A stretch of 63,921 nucleotides of DNA, filler included, from Octopus bimaculoides (lineage: Eukaryota), in the NCBI RefSeq assembly GCF_001194135.2. It is 7 parts of 6 records of this genome, joined end to end, with 100 filler letters (N's around TTAATTAATTAA, not from the genome) between each part and the next. Parts side by side here need not be neighbours in the genome. Positions count along the whole stretch, not along the records: positions 8,682 to 12,806 come from NC_068987.1; positions 12,907 to 39,996 come from NC_068988.1; 5 more parts are not named here. One strand, 5' to 3'. Below the pieces are notes generated by a model. The model was given only the letters and a program-made list of their open reading frames with translations. It searched no databases and was not told the DNA's origin. This document shows, piece by piece, positions 10,445 through 22,973 of the stretch (its first letter is position 1; the number at the start of each line of letters is the position of its first letter). The position numbers and the translations under genes are program-made.

Positions 10445-11430
10445 CCCACCGACTTTGTTGTCTCATAACTTCCAGAGAAATGGATACTTTTTAATGAAAC
10501 TTTCACCAAATAATCGCTTATTAGATTAAATGTATGTAAAAAAGTTTTTTCGAGGGGTTGGGGAGAGGAGTTTCGGAAAATTCACAGGACCCGTCATCTT
10601 CCTCTCATAACTTTCTGGGAAATTGGTATTTTTTAGTGAAATTTTGTACAAATACCTTTCAAACGGTGTAAATTACAATTACAAAGAAATTTGCAGGCAA
10701 AATTTTTGGAAGGGGAGGGCGGCGGGAGGCGTTTCTGGAAAACGGAGTTTTGGATCAGACGGCCCAGGTTAACCTCCAGTGTTTGACTCGAGCAAAAAAA
10801 NNNNNNNNNNNNNNNNNNNNNNNNNNNNNNNNNNNNNNNNNNNNNNNNNNNNNNNNNNNNNNNNNNNNNNNNNNNNNNNNNNNNNNNNNNNNNNNNNNNN
10901 NNNNNNNNNNNNNNNNNNNNNNNNNNNNNNNNNNNNNNNNNNNNNNNNNNNNNNNNNNNNNNNNNNNNNNNNNNNNNNNNNNNNNNNNNNNNNNNNNNNN
11001 NNNNNNNNNNNNNNNNNNNNNNNNNNNNNNNNNNNNNNNNNNNNNNNNNNNNNNNNNNNNNNNNNNNNNNNNNNNNNNNNNNNNNNNNNNNNNNNNNNNN
11101 NNNNNNNNNNNNNNNNNNNNNNNNNNNNNNNNNNNNNNNNNNNNNNNNNNNNNNNNNNNNNNNNNNNNNNNNNNNNNNNNNNNNNNNNNNNNNNNNNNNN
11201 NNNNNNNNNNNNNNNNNNNNNNNNNNNNNNNNNNNNNNNNNNNNNNNNNNNNNNNNNNNNNNNNNNNNNNNNNNNNNNNNNNNNNNNNNNNNNNNNNNNN
11301 NNNNNNNNNNNNNNNNNNNNNNNNNNNNNNNNNNNNNNNNNNNNNNNNNNNNNNNNNNNNNNNNNNNNNNNNNNNNNNNNNNNNNNNNNNNNNNNNCCGA
11401 ACGCGCAGTCGCGCGTCCGGGCTAGCTAGT
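10445..11430 (+). mobile_element. Probable non-autonomous Helitron/Helentron-type element spanning a gap
   Basis: 3' end has hairpin acgcgc-agtc-gcgcgt (11401-11416) followed by ctagCTAG^T (11422-11430). The body carries two ctcataact(t)...tgaaa(c/t)ttt blocks. The link across the 596-N gap is assumed. Confidence 0.5.
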
Positions 11431-11618
11431 CGTGAGTGGTCGATCCTATTATTTTTAAACTTCAAACTTCATTTGTTTTCTATTTTGATAAATTCTCTCA
11501 GTTGAAAATTATATTTTTATATTTTAAATAATTTTCAATTCCAGAAAATATATTTTTATATTAAATTTGCGTTTTCTAATTTGATAAATTCTACGGACAC
11601 AAACAGAGGTGAACGAGT

Positions 11619-11660
<42 letters not shown>

Positions 11661-12236
11661 ACCATGACAGTGCCGAAAGTTTTGTAATTAGGGGCAAGAA
11701 AAGGGTAAATGTTTAAAAGAATTTTCAGAGTGTAAGATGTTTGTAAGCAATTCCAGAACAATAAAAACCTTTACTTTCACTGCAGCATTTAAATTTCATT
11801 TGTGTTTAAATATTTTCGTCCTTTGAAACCGCGATAAAACCCTGACAAAAATTCGTGCTGCATCTGTTTTGTCAGTAAACAAGTCTCGGTTTCAAAGCGA
11901 CGAAAATATGGAGATTGAAATGAAATTTAAATGTTGCAGTGAAATTAACGATTTTTTCTTTGTGTGTGTGTGTGTGTGTGTGTTCTTGAATGGCTTACAA
12001 ACATCTACGCTGCAATTGTTTCATTTAATACCATTATGCAGAAGACAGAATCGAAAAAATTTTGTGCCCAAATTTGTGTTTTCATCTTCGCATAGGCGTA
12101 GGAGTGGCTCAAATTATTATTGTATATTTAAAATTGTAAATATTTAATTGATACAGCTACTTCACCCCTTTTATGTTTGTCTGTCCTTGTTCGTCCCCTC
12201 TTTGTAATGCCTTTATGGCAAATATTTATGAAATAA

Positions 12237-12376
12237 AGTAGCTTGCTTATAAACCACATGGTTCTGGGTTCAGTCCCACTGCGTGGCACCTTGGGCAAGT
12301 GTCTTCTACAATAGCCTCAGGTCGACCAAAGCCTTGTGAGTGGATTTGGTAGACGGAAACTGAAAGAAGCCCGTCG

Positions 12377-12409
<33 letters not shown>

Positions 12410-12660
12410 GTTTGTATATATGTATGTATGTATGTATATATGTGTGTGTGTTTGTGTGTCTGTTTGTCCTCCCAACATTGCTTGACAACCGATGCTAATA
12501 TGTTTACGTCCCCGTAACTTAGCGGTTCGGCAAAAGAGACCGATAGAATAAGTACTAGGCTTACAAAGAATAAGTCCTGGGGTCGATTTGCTCGACTAAA
12601 GGCGGTGCTCCAGCATGGCCGCAGTCAAATGACTGAAACAATTAAAAGAGTAAAAGAGTA
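12237..12660 (+). mobile_element. Full-length tRNA-derived SINE with internal (TA)n/(TG)n microsatellite
   Basis: Head ggttcagtcccactgcgtggcaccttgggcaagtgtcttc, internal repeat 12378-12460, tail ggcggtgctccagcatggccgcagtcaaatgactgaaac. Near-identical organisation at 32904-33281. Confidence 0.92.
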
Positions 12661-12806
12661 TAGCATAGATAATCTTTCCTTTGAAATGCCACCTTCGGCC
12701 TCCAGGACGCATTGGTCGGCCTGAGGCTACAGTTGAAGACACTTGCTGGCGAAAGGGAAGTGGCGGGTGGTGCCGATCAGGACAATTCACACGATCCGAT
12801 GTTTTT

Positions 12807-12906
12807 NNNNNNNNNNNNNNNNNNNNNNNNNNNNNNNNNNNNNNNNNNNNTTAATTAATTAANNNNNNNNNNNNNNNNNNNNNNNNNNNNNNNNNNNNNN
12901 NNNNNN
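12807..12906. other. Artificial scaffold spacer
   Basis: 44 N + TTAATTAATTAA (12851-12862) + 44 N. Confidence 0.97.
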
Positions 12907-12948
12907 AGAGTTTGACCACCTCCTGTACCTACACCTTCGAACCATCAC

Positions 12949-13100
12949 GGCATCTGCTTTTTTTAAACCAGGCAATGTTTTGAAAAGATACCCACATAGA
13001 TTGCATATCCGATTTGGACCACCAAGAGCTGCAGATAAGTTCTGACGTTCGTCGATCTTAAAATGTCTTTTGAGGCAACCGTTAGATGTATATGATCAAG
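12949..13100 (-). pseudogene. Degenerate C2H2 zinc-finger-like remnant (possibly a LINE C-terminus)
   Basis: Minus frame SYTSNGCLKRHFKIDERQNLSAALGGPNRICNLCGYLFKTLPGLKK: CxxC-x3-F-x5-L pattern, but the terminal His residues are not intact. Confidence 0.4.
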
Positions 13101-13849
13101 ACAGTATTACTCTCATTAAACTCCAATCCGACACACGCTTTCCTGCTATATAAATGTCTTAGTATCCGTCCTTTGATGTAACATTTATATGGATTTAGTT
13201 GACTGAGTTGCAGGAGGGTAAAGAGAGTGGGGTGGTGTAATGAGGGATTTGATCTCGCCGATCTGTCAGCGAATGGTTAAACTGGAAATCACAGTCTATC
13301 TTTGCAAATTAAAATTGAAATTTTATGATTATAGCTATTACGACCTGAAAGACATATATTTGCCAGTCAAAATCACACAAAGATTGTTAACTTCACTAAC
13401 GCATTTATTATTTGTCATTTGGTGTTAAAATTACACTGTAGCTTAATTTTGCTTGTTAGGATGTTGCAGTCCGTGAGACGAAAATTTGACACCAAATAAC
13501 ATATGATAAATGAATGGCGCTCCAATCGTTTTCAGTTTCGACATACCGTCTGAGTTCAAGTCGTTTGCCAACGAGTACATCTCTGTGATGTATTTTATTG
13601 TGTATTTAAATGTACTGAGTGACAATTTATTTAATATGTGACTGCTTGCATGCATGGCTGTACGTGTGTGTATGTGTGCGTGTGTGTAAGTGTGTGTGTA
13701 CATAGACATTATATATATAAATATATACCTATATATACACACACATATATACATGTATGTACATATTATATATACATAGATATACTTGTGTATATACTAT
13801 ATATATATACGCATACGCATATATATCTGTTTGTGTGTGTGCGTGCGGT

Positions 13850-13881
<32 letters not shown>

Positions 13882-14713
13882 CATGCGCGCACACATATCA
13901 GACACAAGATGGCCGAGTAAAGAAGTCCGCTGTGTAATTGGAAGATCCAGCTTTTCATCTGCAGCGTACCATATTGACTAAGTGCCGTTGGTCGTCCCAA
14001 CTATTTTACGGGTAACTAAGTGAAAGGCACATAGAAAGATGCCCGTTTAAATAGTTTGCATCCGTAATTCAAGAGTTCAGTGTTGTCGCATATTGTAATG
14101 ATGATTCTGCAAATTACAATTATCGTAAATGGTGCGCAGTACAGCGAATAAATTTGTGAAAAACAAAATCGGATCCATTAGAATAAAAATACAGATGTAT
14201 AGGGTAACAAAACAGAATAAGTTTGTTCAACAAACGCATGGAAAATTTGGATGGTCAAAGTTTACCATCACTGTATTGTTGCTTTCTAGATTACTTCTAT
14301 ACTACATACACACGATCGAACATGTTACAACAGTGATAAACTCTGCTTTCTTCATACATAGTGCTTTTTAAGACTACCATATTCAATGTGACTTCTGTTT
14401 TAAATTTAAGGAGATACAACGTGATATGAGGGAGATTCGATTTCAAATTTTTGTGGGTGGAGTAGCCAGAGACAGCCAGAGATAGTTATTCTTAAACGAG
14501 GTAAAGTTGTGTAATCTGCCTTAACGTAGATAATGATATAACCGAAGACTGGTGCAGTTTTGTTTTCGATGTATTCGTTGCTAAGTTGATGTGAAACAGA
14601 ATCCCATATTCAGTTATCTTTAATGGTACTATATACATACGCCGCTGTTTTCTTACAGAGCCACTTAGTCAGAAATAATAGATTAATATTAAGAAGTTTG
14701 ACAACTTACGTTA

Positions 14714-14781
<68 letters not shown>

Positions 14782-14782
14782 T

Positions 14783-14987
14783 TCAGACAAATACATAACA
14801 AAAACACCAGGACTTACAAATATATATAACATACAGAAAATTGCACTACTGGGTACTGCACACATTCTACGCAAAACACTTTCAATACAGTAAACATAAG
14901 AGCACCACAGCAAACCACAGCACATACCCAAGGCGCACAGAGCTGCGCTCGGTAGTGAAGTGAAAGCACGTTATAAAAATAAAACTA

Positions 14988-14990
<3 letters not shown>
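14783..14990 (+). mobile_element. 5'-truncated R4/Dong-type non-LTR retrotransposon 3' end inserted in (AAT)n
   Basis: SDKYITKTPGLTNIYNIQKIALLGTAHILRKTLSIQ* (typical R4/Dong terminal motif) plus ~100-bp 3' UTR, flanked by (AAT)n at 14715-14781 and 14991-15022. Confidence 0.85.
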
Positions 14991-15023
<33 letters not shown>

Positions 15024-15024
15024 C

Positions 15025-15405
15025 GTTTCTGATATAGGCACAAGTCCTGAAATTGTGGATGAAGTGTTTAGGCGATTTCTTCGACCCTTGTGCTCAAATG
15101 GTAATTATTTCATCGACCACTAAAGGACAGAACGCAATGTCGATCCTGGCGGAATTTGAGCTCAGAACAAGAATATGGACGAAAAGCGCTGAGCATTTTG
15201 CACGACGTGCTAAAAGGTAATAATCATTTTCCACTATAGGCACAAAGATTGAAATTGGGGGGGGGGCGTTTATATCGAGTCCCAGTCCTCAACTGGTACT
15301 GAATTTATCGATCTCGAAAGGATTAAAAGCAAAGTCGACCTCGGCTGAATTTGAACTCAGAACATAAAGACGGATTAAATGCCTCCAAGCATTTTGTCCG
15401 CCGTC
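15025..15405 (-). mobile_element. Two tandem diverged SINE copies
   Basis: Each contains ggcggaatttgagctcagaac / ggctgaatttgaactcagaac and ends with reverse-complement ttgtgcctata. Confidence 0.8.
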
Positions 15406-16044
15406 CTTTCTTCCATCTGTACACCCATACACGTCTGTATACACCTACACACTTAGATGTCTAGGTGTTCATATATACATGTTGTTTCTTACTCACTTTG
15501 AAGTGATTAGGTTCAGTATCACATCTTTAAAGTAATTAGTGTTTTATAGTTAAAACAGTTCTTTATCTAAAAGTTAATATCATACGGGGCACTGTTACAG
15601 AGAACCATCTCTTCATTACGTACCGCACGTACATAGATACAATCTCGGTCTATTTTCCTCGGCTTTCTATCGCCCTCACATATTTACAGACAGAACTAGA
15701 TACTTAGCATATCTGCTTGAACAGCCCACCCAGCATACATACGTATGTACGTATGTATGTATGTATGTATGTATGCATGTATGTATGTATGTATGTATGT
15801 ATGTATATATATATATATATATANNNNNNNNNNNNNNNNNNNNNNNNNNNNNNNNNNNNNNNNNNNNNNNNNNNNNNNNNNNNNNNNNNNNNNNNNNNNN
15901 NNNNNNNNNNNNNNNNNNNNNNNNNNNNNNNNNNNNNNNNNNNNNNNNNNNNNNNNNNNNNNNNNNNNNNNNNNNNNNNNNNNNNNNNNNNNNNNNNNNN
16001 NNNNNNNNNNNNNNNNNNNNNNNNNNNNNNNNNNNNNNNNNNNN

Positions 16045-16138
<94 letters not shown>

Positions 16139-16897
16139 GTGTATATATATATATGTATATATATATATATACATGCATACATACACGTGCACACATACAA
16201 AACTGATGGAATCTTAGTAACTTATGTTTCCATTTATTATGAAATATAAATGCCGCGTGAAGGGATAGACATTTTCTGCTTTATGTATGTACGTATTTAT
16301 CTCATAAGAATATGAATGTATAAGAAAGAATAGAAAAGAATGTTTTGTTGTTTTCTTTCTTATAGTTGAACGTAACGGGAGGTATGTTGAAATCTTACAC
16401 TTAGATTTATTAGCGAATTAATATATTTGACGCCAATTAAGAGCCATTTATCAGATACACTTAACTAATGTGAAGTGACACCATGTGTGTTTTTCATTGT
16501 TGGGAAAGCTATATCGTGTTTCATTCTCGGAATTCGCCAAACGTTTGCCATCGCTATTAAGACGTCAGATTTTTTTCATATGTTCGACCTGTTAACCCTT
16601 GTTAAGGAGTTTTTCATAACTGCTAGATAAATTCTGAGTAGTTTGTACTACAAAATAGCAGACAACGGAAACGCGAGTGTGATGTTGGGGAGTTATACAA
16701 AACATATACACATACGTACATATATACATTCATTCTTACGTTTATATAATTATTAATATATATATGTTGGTTCGTAGCGTTTATACAACAACACTCATAA
16801 ATATATTGCAGATTTTTATGCTTTATTCTATCAGTATGAATATATTCAATGATGTAATATATATATACACAGATACATACATGTATATATGTGTGTG

Positions 16898-17055
16898 TGT
16901 TAACAAAATTCTCAACAATTTATCAAGCTCTAAAGTTTCCATCGCAAACTTCTTCACACAGACAGGCACAAATACTTGATCACACACACAAAATCACACG
17001 CACATATACGTACAAACACACAAAAACACACTCACAAACACAAGCAATATATATT

Positions 17056-17131
<76 letters not shown>

Positions 17132-17227
17132 GATAGATAGATTGATCAAGTATTTGTGCCAGTCTGTGTGAAGAAGTTTGCGATGGAAACTTTAGAGCTT
17201 GATAAATTGTTGAGAATTTTGTTAACA
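16898..17227. repeat. 85-bp near-perfect inverted repeat enclosing microsatellites
   Basis: 16898-16982 vs 17143-17227: one mismatch seen (at 17161). Confidence 0.95.
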
Positions 17228-17329
17228 TGAAATCAATGGAACACTTAACACACAAACCAGTGCGATGTTGAGCGACGATTCTCATTGTTCCGTTTTATAT
17301 ATACGTACGGTTCATTACTTCTGACATAA

Positions 17330-17730
17330 CCCCTGTGTTTGAGACTAAGAATCCGCCCTCTGTGGTAGTATTTGGAGCCGTGCCGAATGTTGGAAGTGTC
17401 ATGGATCCACACTTCATTGATTCTGGTTTGAAGATCGACAGAAAGGATTATCTGGACATCCTGAAGAACTCTCTGTTACCTTGGATGGAGCGGAGGTTTG
17501 GGCTTGACAATGTGGTGCTTATCCAGGATTCTGCACCATGCCATGCGTAAAAAAACAAACAAAAAAAAACGAAAGAACACAAGGCTTCCTTTCTGAAAAG
17601 GGGCCATTTATTTGTGAGAGCCAGCATCTGGCCCTGTAATAGCAGAGATCTCAACAATCTTGATTACTTTTTATGGGGCGTACTTGAAACAAGGACCAAT
17701 GCTTAACCACACTTGAGTGTCAAAGACCCA
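17330..17730 (+). pseudogene. Tc1/mariner-superfamily (maT-like) transposase catalytic fragment
   Basis: FETKNPPSVVVFGAV...YLDILKNSLLPWM...VVLIQDSAPCHA*, then after a frameshift IWPCNSRDLNNLDYFLWGVLE. Confidence 0.85.
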
Positions 17731-18195
17731 CAATAAACGCAACTGGACAAAAATGGACACCAATACATCGCTCATTGTATGGTTCTGCTGCTTCCAAGCG
17801 AGAGGCACATATGTATCATCTTCGAATGACGTTGCTGCAAAAATTGCTCCAGTTTTAAATAATCGATCAGAAAGACGAATTGAAAACAGAGTAACACAGA
17901 TCCCCACTCAGTTACTTGTCAGCAATGGCAACCACAGCAAAATGAACAATTGCAGCAAAAAATTCCACTGAAACGCTAGCACTGGTCTCAAATATTTTGT
18001 GGTGGTATGACACATTTTTCTCCCAATCGAATCCAACACCATCATCGTCGTTATCGCTCTTGTCGTCGTGGTCGTCATAATCATCATTTTCTACCGCTAT
18101 TACTACTATGTTCACTAGCAAGAGGAAATCATTCTTCTTCACCATCTCAGTCCAAGAATTCATCTACTAACATCACAGCCCCACTAAATCCCACA

Positions 18196-18280
18196 AAACG
18201 TTAAACTAATACATCCTTTTGTTGTTTACACCACCTCTCCTCCTCTGTTGTTGATTTTTTCGTAAATTTTCCCATATATA
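18196..18280 (+). mobile_element. Truncated copy of the PLE-type short element seen at 28.5 and 60.2 kb
   Basis: cgttaaactaatacatcc.tttgttgtttacaccacct...cgtaaatt matches 28571-28640. Confidence 0.75.
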
Positions 18281-18795
18281 ATACACGCTCACGTGGTCGC
18301 ACTAGCTAATCCTGACTCTACTCATCAAATACGAATTCTGGATTCTACCTTCTTTCATTCTGGATTTACTCATTCTGGACTGTTTTTCTTCTGAACTCTA
18401 CACTCTCCGGCTGCACCTCTCCTACCCACGGATTACACTGGACCTATCTACTGATATATATATGTATATATATATATATATNNNNNNNNNNNNNNNNNNN
18501 NNNNNNNNNNNNNNNNNNNNNNNNNNNNNNNNNNNNNNNNNNNNNNNNNNNNNNNNNNNNNNNNNNNNNNNNNNNNNNNNNNNNNNNNNNNNNNNNNNNN
18601 NNNNNNNNNNNNNNNNNNNNNNNNNNNNNNNNNNNNNNNNNNNNNNNNNNNNNNNNNNNNNNNNNNNNNNNNNNNNNNNNNNNNNNNNNNNNNNNNNNNN
18701 NNNNNNNNNNNNNNNNNNNNNNNNNNNNNNNNNNNNNNNNNNNNNNNNNNNNNNNNNNNNNNNNNNNNNNNNNNNNNNNNNNNNNNNNNNNNNNN

Positions 18796-18957
18796 TGTGT
18801 GTGTGTGTGTGTGTATAAATATATATTGCTTGTGTTTGTGAGTGTGTGTTCGTGTGTTTGTACGTATATATGTGCGTGTGACTTTGTGTGTGTGATCAAG
18901 TATTTGTGCCTGTCTGTGTGAAGAAGTTTGCGATGGAAACTTTAGAGCTTGATAAAT
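18796..18957 (-). repeat. Inverted duplicate of ~16917-17075
   Basis: 18893-18957 is identical to the reverse complement of the left IR arm, and the adjacent irregular CA-rich spacer is duplicated too. Confidence 0.9.
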
Positions 18958-19314
18958 GAAAACTCGGAATCAATACAAAAACATCTAAAGCATCTTTGAT
19001 CTTAGGTTTCTTTATTAGCGATGATGAAGAGATTAACAACTACAGCAATAACAGCAACAATACCTAATTAATTAATAATGAGCGAACATGGGAGCCTTCG
19101 TGTTGTCACTTTGAATGTTAGAAATACCAGCAAAAACCTTCCAGAACTTACAATCTACTGACTACGACGCCTGATAATTTCATATATAAAGTTTAAAATT
19201 GTGCAATCTAGAATGGTACACATAAATAATCACACAGACTCATTAGCTACACATCTAGCTGCCGAATATTGAGGACAGATTTCTTTTCTTTGTCCACCCA
19301 CTTGTGTGTGTATA

Positions 19315-19349
<35 letters not shown>

Positions 19350-19869
19350 NNNNNNNNNNNNNNNNNNNNNNNNNNNNNNNNNNNNNNNNNNNNNNNNNNN
19401 NNNNNNNNNNNNNNNNNNNNNNNNNNNNNNNNNNNNNNNNNNNNNNNNNNNNNNNNNNNNNNNNNNNNNNNNNNNNNNNNNNNNNNNNNNNNNNNNNNNN
19501 NNNNNNNNNNNNNNNNNNNNNNNNNNNNNNNNNNNNNNNNNNNNNNNNNNNNNNNNNNNNNNNNNNNNNNNNNNNNNNNNNNNNNNNNNNNNNNNNNNNN
19601 NNNNNNNNNNNNNNNNNNNNNNNNNNNNNNNNNNNNNNNNNNNNNNNNNNNNNNNNNNNNNNNNNNNNNNNNNNNNNNNNNNNNNNNNNNNNNNNNNNNN
19701 NNNNNNNNNNNNNNNNNNNNNNNNNNNNNNNNNNNNNNNNNNNNNNNNNNNNNNNNNNNNNNNNNNNNNNNNNNNNNNNNNNNNNNNNNNNAATCTGAGA
19801 GTGGAATACGCTAAATAAAATCATCATTAACCCTGTGTGTGTGTGTGTGTGTATGTGTGTGTGTGTGTA

Positions 19870-19902
<33 letters not shown>

Positions 19903-19905
<3 letters not shown>

Positions 19906-20150
19906 GACGCATGGCCTAGCGGTTAGGTTGTTGCATTCTCGAGGGCAATATCGTGTTTTGAACGCTATATCGGGTACTGCGTGGTGCTCTTGAGCAAAAC
20001 ACGTCATCTCACGGTGCCTGCGATCACTTTAACATGTGACGTATGGAACACCGCACACTCGCTCAGGTAAATTGGTCACTATAAACAAATCATGTGTACA
20101 GGTCGTTTGGCAAATGCTGAATGATCATACGTCGTCTTCGACGAAAACGT
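19903..20150 (+). mobile_element. Diverged tRNA/CORE-like SINE
   Basis: gaagacgcatggcctagcggttagg head, then gtggtgctcttgagcaaaacac (CORE-like). Confidence 0.7.
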
Positions 20151-20176
20151 TCACCATATATATATATGTATATTGC

Positions 20177-20510
20177 TGAGACCGCCGCCGGTCATGACTG
20201 ACCATGGGATTGCACCTAGAAAGTTACCCTCTCAGGCACAAGTTCGGAAAAGGTTCTTTGTGGAAGAGCAGCAGTCGCCCAGGCATACAAGCCTCCCCTC
20301 TCCACACCACCAGTGTTATCCAAGGGAAAGGCAACTGCCGATGCAGCTTGGCACCTGTGACGTCGCAACTCATTTCTACAGCTGAGTGAACTGGAGTAAC
20401 GTGAAATAAAGTGTATTGCTCAAGAACACAACACGCAGCCCGGTCCAGGATTCGAACTCACAACCTCACGATCGTAAGCTCGACGCTCTAAGCACTGAGC
20501 CATGCGCCTT
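20177..20510 (-). mobile_element. tRNA/CORE-like SINE (head type 2 + tail Y)
   Basis: Reverse complement aaggcgcatggctcagtgcttagagc...gttcgaatcctgg...ttgtgttcttgagcaatacactttatttcacgttactccagttcactcagctg, with a tail ending ggtgcaatcccatggtcagtcatgacc. Confidence 0.88.
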
Positions 20511-22489
20511 TACACGCACATACACACACACAAACACACACGCACACACATTGAGACACAGTCAGACGTTTTCGCATTGCTTCCATTTACTCACGTATAA
20601 AAAAGCAACTTATATTAGCGCATCATTTTATATTTCCTTTTTTCATCGGCTAGTGATCGAGTACGGCTTTGAAATACATTTCCTGCCTATATACATTCTA
20701 GCAGACAAACACATCTCCTTACTTCTCTCATTTATGATCCAGCTGTACATCCGGATGCTTACAACTAGAGGAAAGAACGGCTGTATTAGCATCCGTCTGG
20801 TAATGATTTACAGTCAAGCAGACGTGAAAAGAAACACCACGCTCGCTGAAGGTCATGATGCACTACTCTGTCCAGGAATTGAATCCGCTATTTGATTATA
20901 ATGATCTGAACACGCTTCACCATTGATCTTCACTGACTTATCAATCTATATAAGTACAAATCTCATTCTTCATACGTTATCTGCAGGTTCTTAGATTCCA
21001 GTTTTGTGTCAGCTGATTTGCTGTTCAAATATTAAAGCCTCGTTATTTAAGCATATTCATGTATTTGCAGTGTCTTTGTTGATGACGACCTCATATAACT
21101 CAGAAACCACATTAGTCAATACAATGCACACAGCAGTATGTCGGTGGTTGGCTTCTTAATTTTGTCTTTAAAAGGGAGATTAGTTTTCCTGCTATGTGAA
21201 AGTCACATTTTGGCACATGATAGGTGAGTCAAGATAAACTTAGTGACATCTATTGGGGCATTGCCAAATAATTAATTTCTCACTTGTAGGTCCTAGTTCA
21301 CCCCTTCCGCCTGTGTATCAATCATGATATCTATTAATGTGTGTACATTAAAGTATATTGATAATGTTAATCCGGACTGGCATCCAATCAGAGAGAATAC
21401 ATTCATATCACTTCCTTCCTTGACAGACTCTTCTATTGTTGGTTGAATTAACGATTAACAAAGGATATTTTCGAAGAGACTACAAATGGCAACAATGAAA
21501 TCATATGTAGGAATTCTAACGGCTCTTATCTCTTCAAGTCTTATCTGCATTTAAAGTCGGAATAGAATACAGACGCGTAGCAATGTTTCACAAGTTTATC
21601 GCATTTGAAAAGGAAAAGAAAACGAACAGAATATTTTGCATAATACTTGACGAGTTGTATTCCACTTTCGCTTCCATTTATTCTGTTTCATTTTCTGTCT
21701 CGCTATCTATGTGATAGTTTTATATTCCTAACCATCTTTTGTTGCCATTGAAATACCTCGTGTAGAATGGAAAAGAACAACCTGTCCGCGGGCGTGAAGC
21801 AATACAAGTACATGTCATATAGGTATTATTGCAGCTTTTAGTGACATTTTTGTTTGATGTAGAACAGCAGCCATGTTTTTTGTACATCGCTTTGTTGACT
21901 TGTCAGAAAGATAGAGGAAGTTGATCTCAAAACGAAGTGAAGCATATACTTCTTGCAAAATGGACGACGCTAAAATGCTCCCACATCCGAAGTGGGGCTG
22001 AGAATATGTGCAATGCATTAAGTCTACCACACAAAACCAGGAATGATTTAGTCGGTTGTCTTCGATACGGTTTCAGTCTACGGTATTTACCTGACACGAC
22101 TTTGATTTATACGAGGTTATAGTTATACCCACTTAGACGTTGATATTGTATTAGAACAAATTATACTGCTGTAGATACCATGAGAGGAAGACTCATATTT
22201 GATTTTGGAACAAAATGCATTTTTGTTTATGTCACCAGCAAAGAGATAAATTACCCAGCCACATCTCAGTACCGAGACCACCAGAACGGATTGTATAAAA
22301 CAATTCCTGAGTATCTTGTGCAGTTACAACAAATTAAAAACTATGATTTTTTGAAGCGAACAACTTAGAAACATATGCTGAGTGAGGCAAAAGTCACGTA
22401 GGAGTTAATTTGTTTTAGACGTCTAATTTGTTCTGATATTTTCTTACTTGCAGAAACGAGTTTGACGAGTAACATGAGTGGAAAACTAA

Positions 22490-22760
22490 CGAATATTACC
22501 CTAAGAAATGGATAGGTTGACGAGGTCCTTTGAATGGCCACCGAGGCCACCAAAACTCACAACCCTGGATTATTATCTGTGGGGCCAATTGAAATTAGTT
22601 GCTTATCAGACGCAACCTAGAAATATCGAGAAACTTAAAGAAAGAATTGAAAATGAATGCAGTAAAATAACAGAAGAAACTCTCCGACGTGTTAATGAAT
22701 CATGCAGACACAAAATTGAAATATGTTATGAAAAGGAAGGAACAGCACATTTAACGTTGA
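22490..22760 (+). pseudogene. Tc1-like DDE transposase C-terminal fragment
   Basis: YYPKKWIG*RG / FEWPPRPPKLTTLDYYLWGQLKLVAYQTQPRNIEKLKERI resembles the WPPRSPDLTPLDFFLWG motif. Confidence 0.85.
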
Positions 22761-22939
22761 ACACTCTAAGACGGGAGGTGAAAAATCAAAGTTACCCTAT
22801 CGCATGTGTGTGACGACAGACCGGGTTATAGTAGGTACGTGTCTGGAATCTCGCGATTGGGTGTCTGAACCATTCTGTTCAAGGTTTTTACTTGTAATAC
22901 AGCATATTAGGTTTTAAAATTCTCTAGCCACGAACACCC

Positions 22940-22973
<34 letters not shown>

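Noticed and set aside
22398-22452. GT...AG intron inside the Tc1-like fragment
   Set aside because: The upstream sequence does not translate into recognisable transposase, so splicing cannot be supported.
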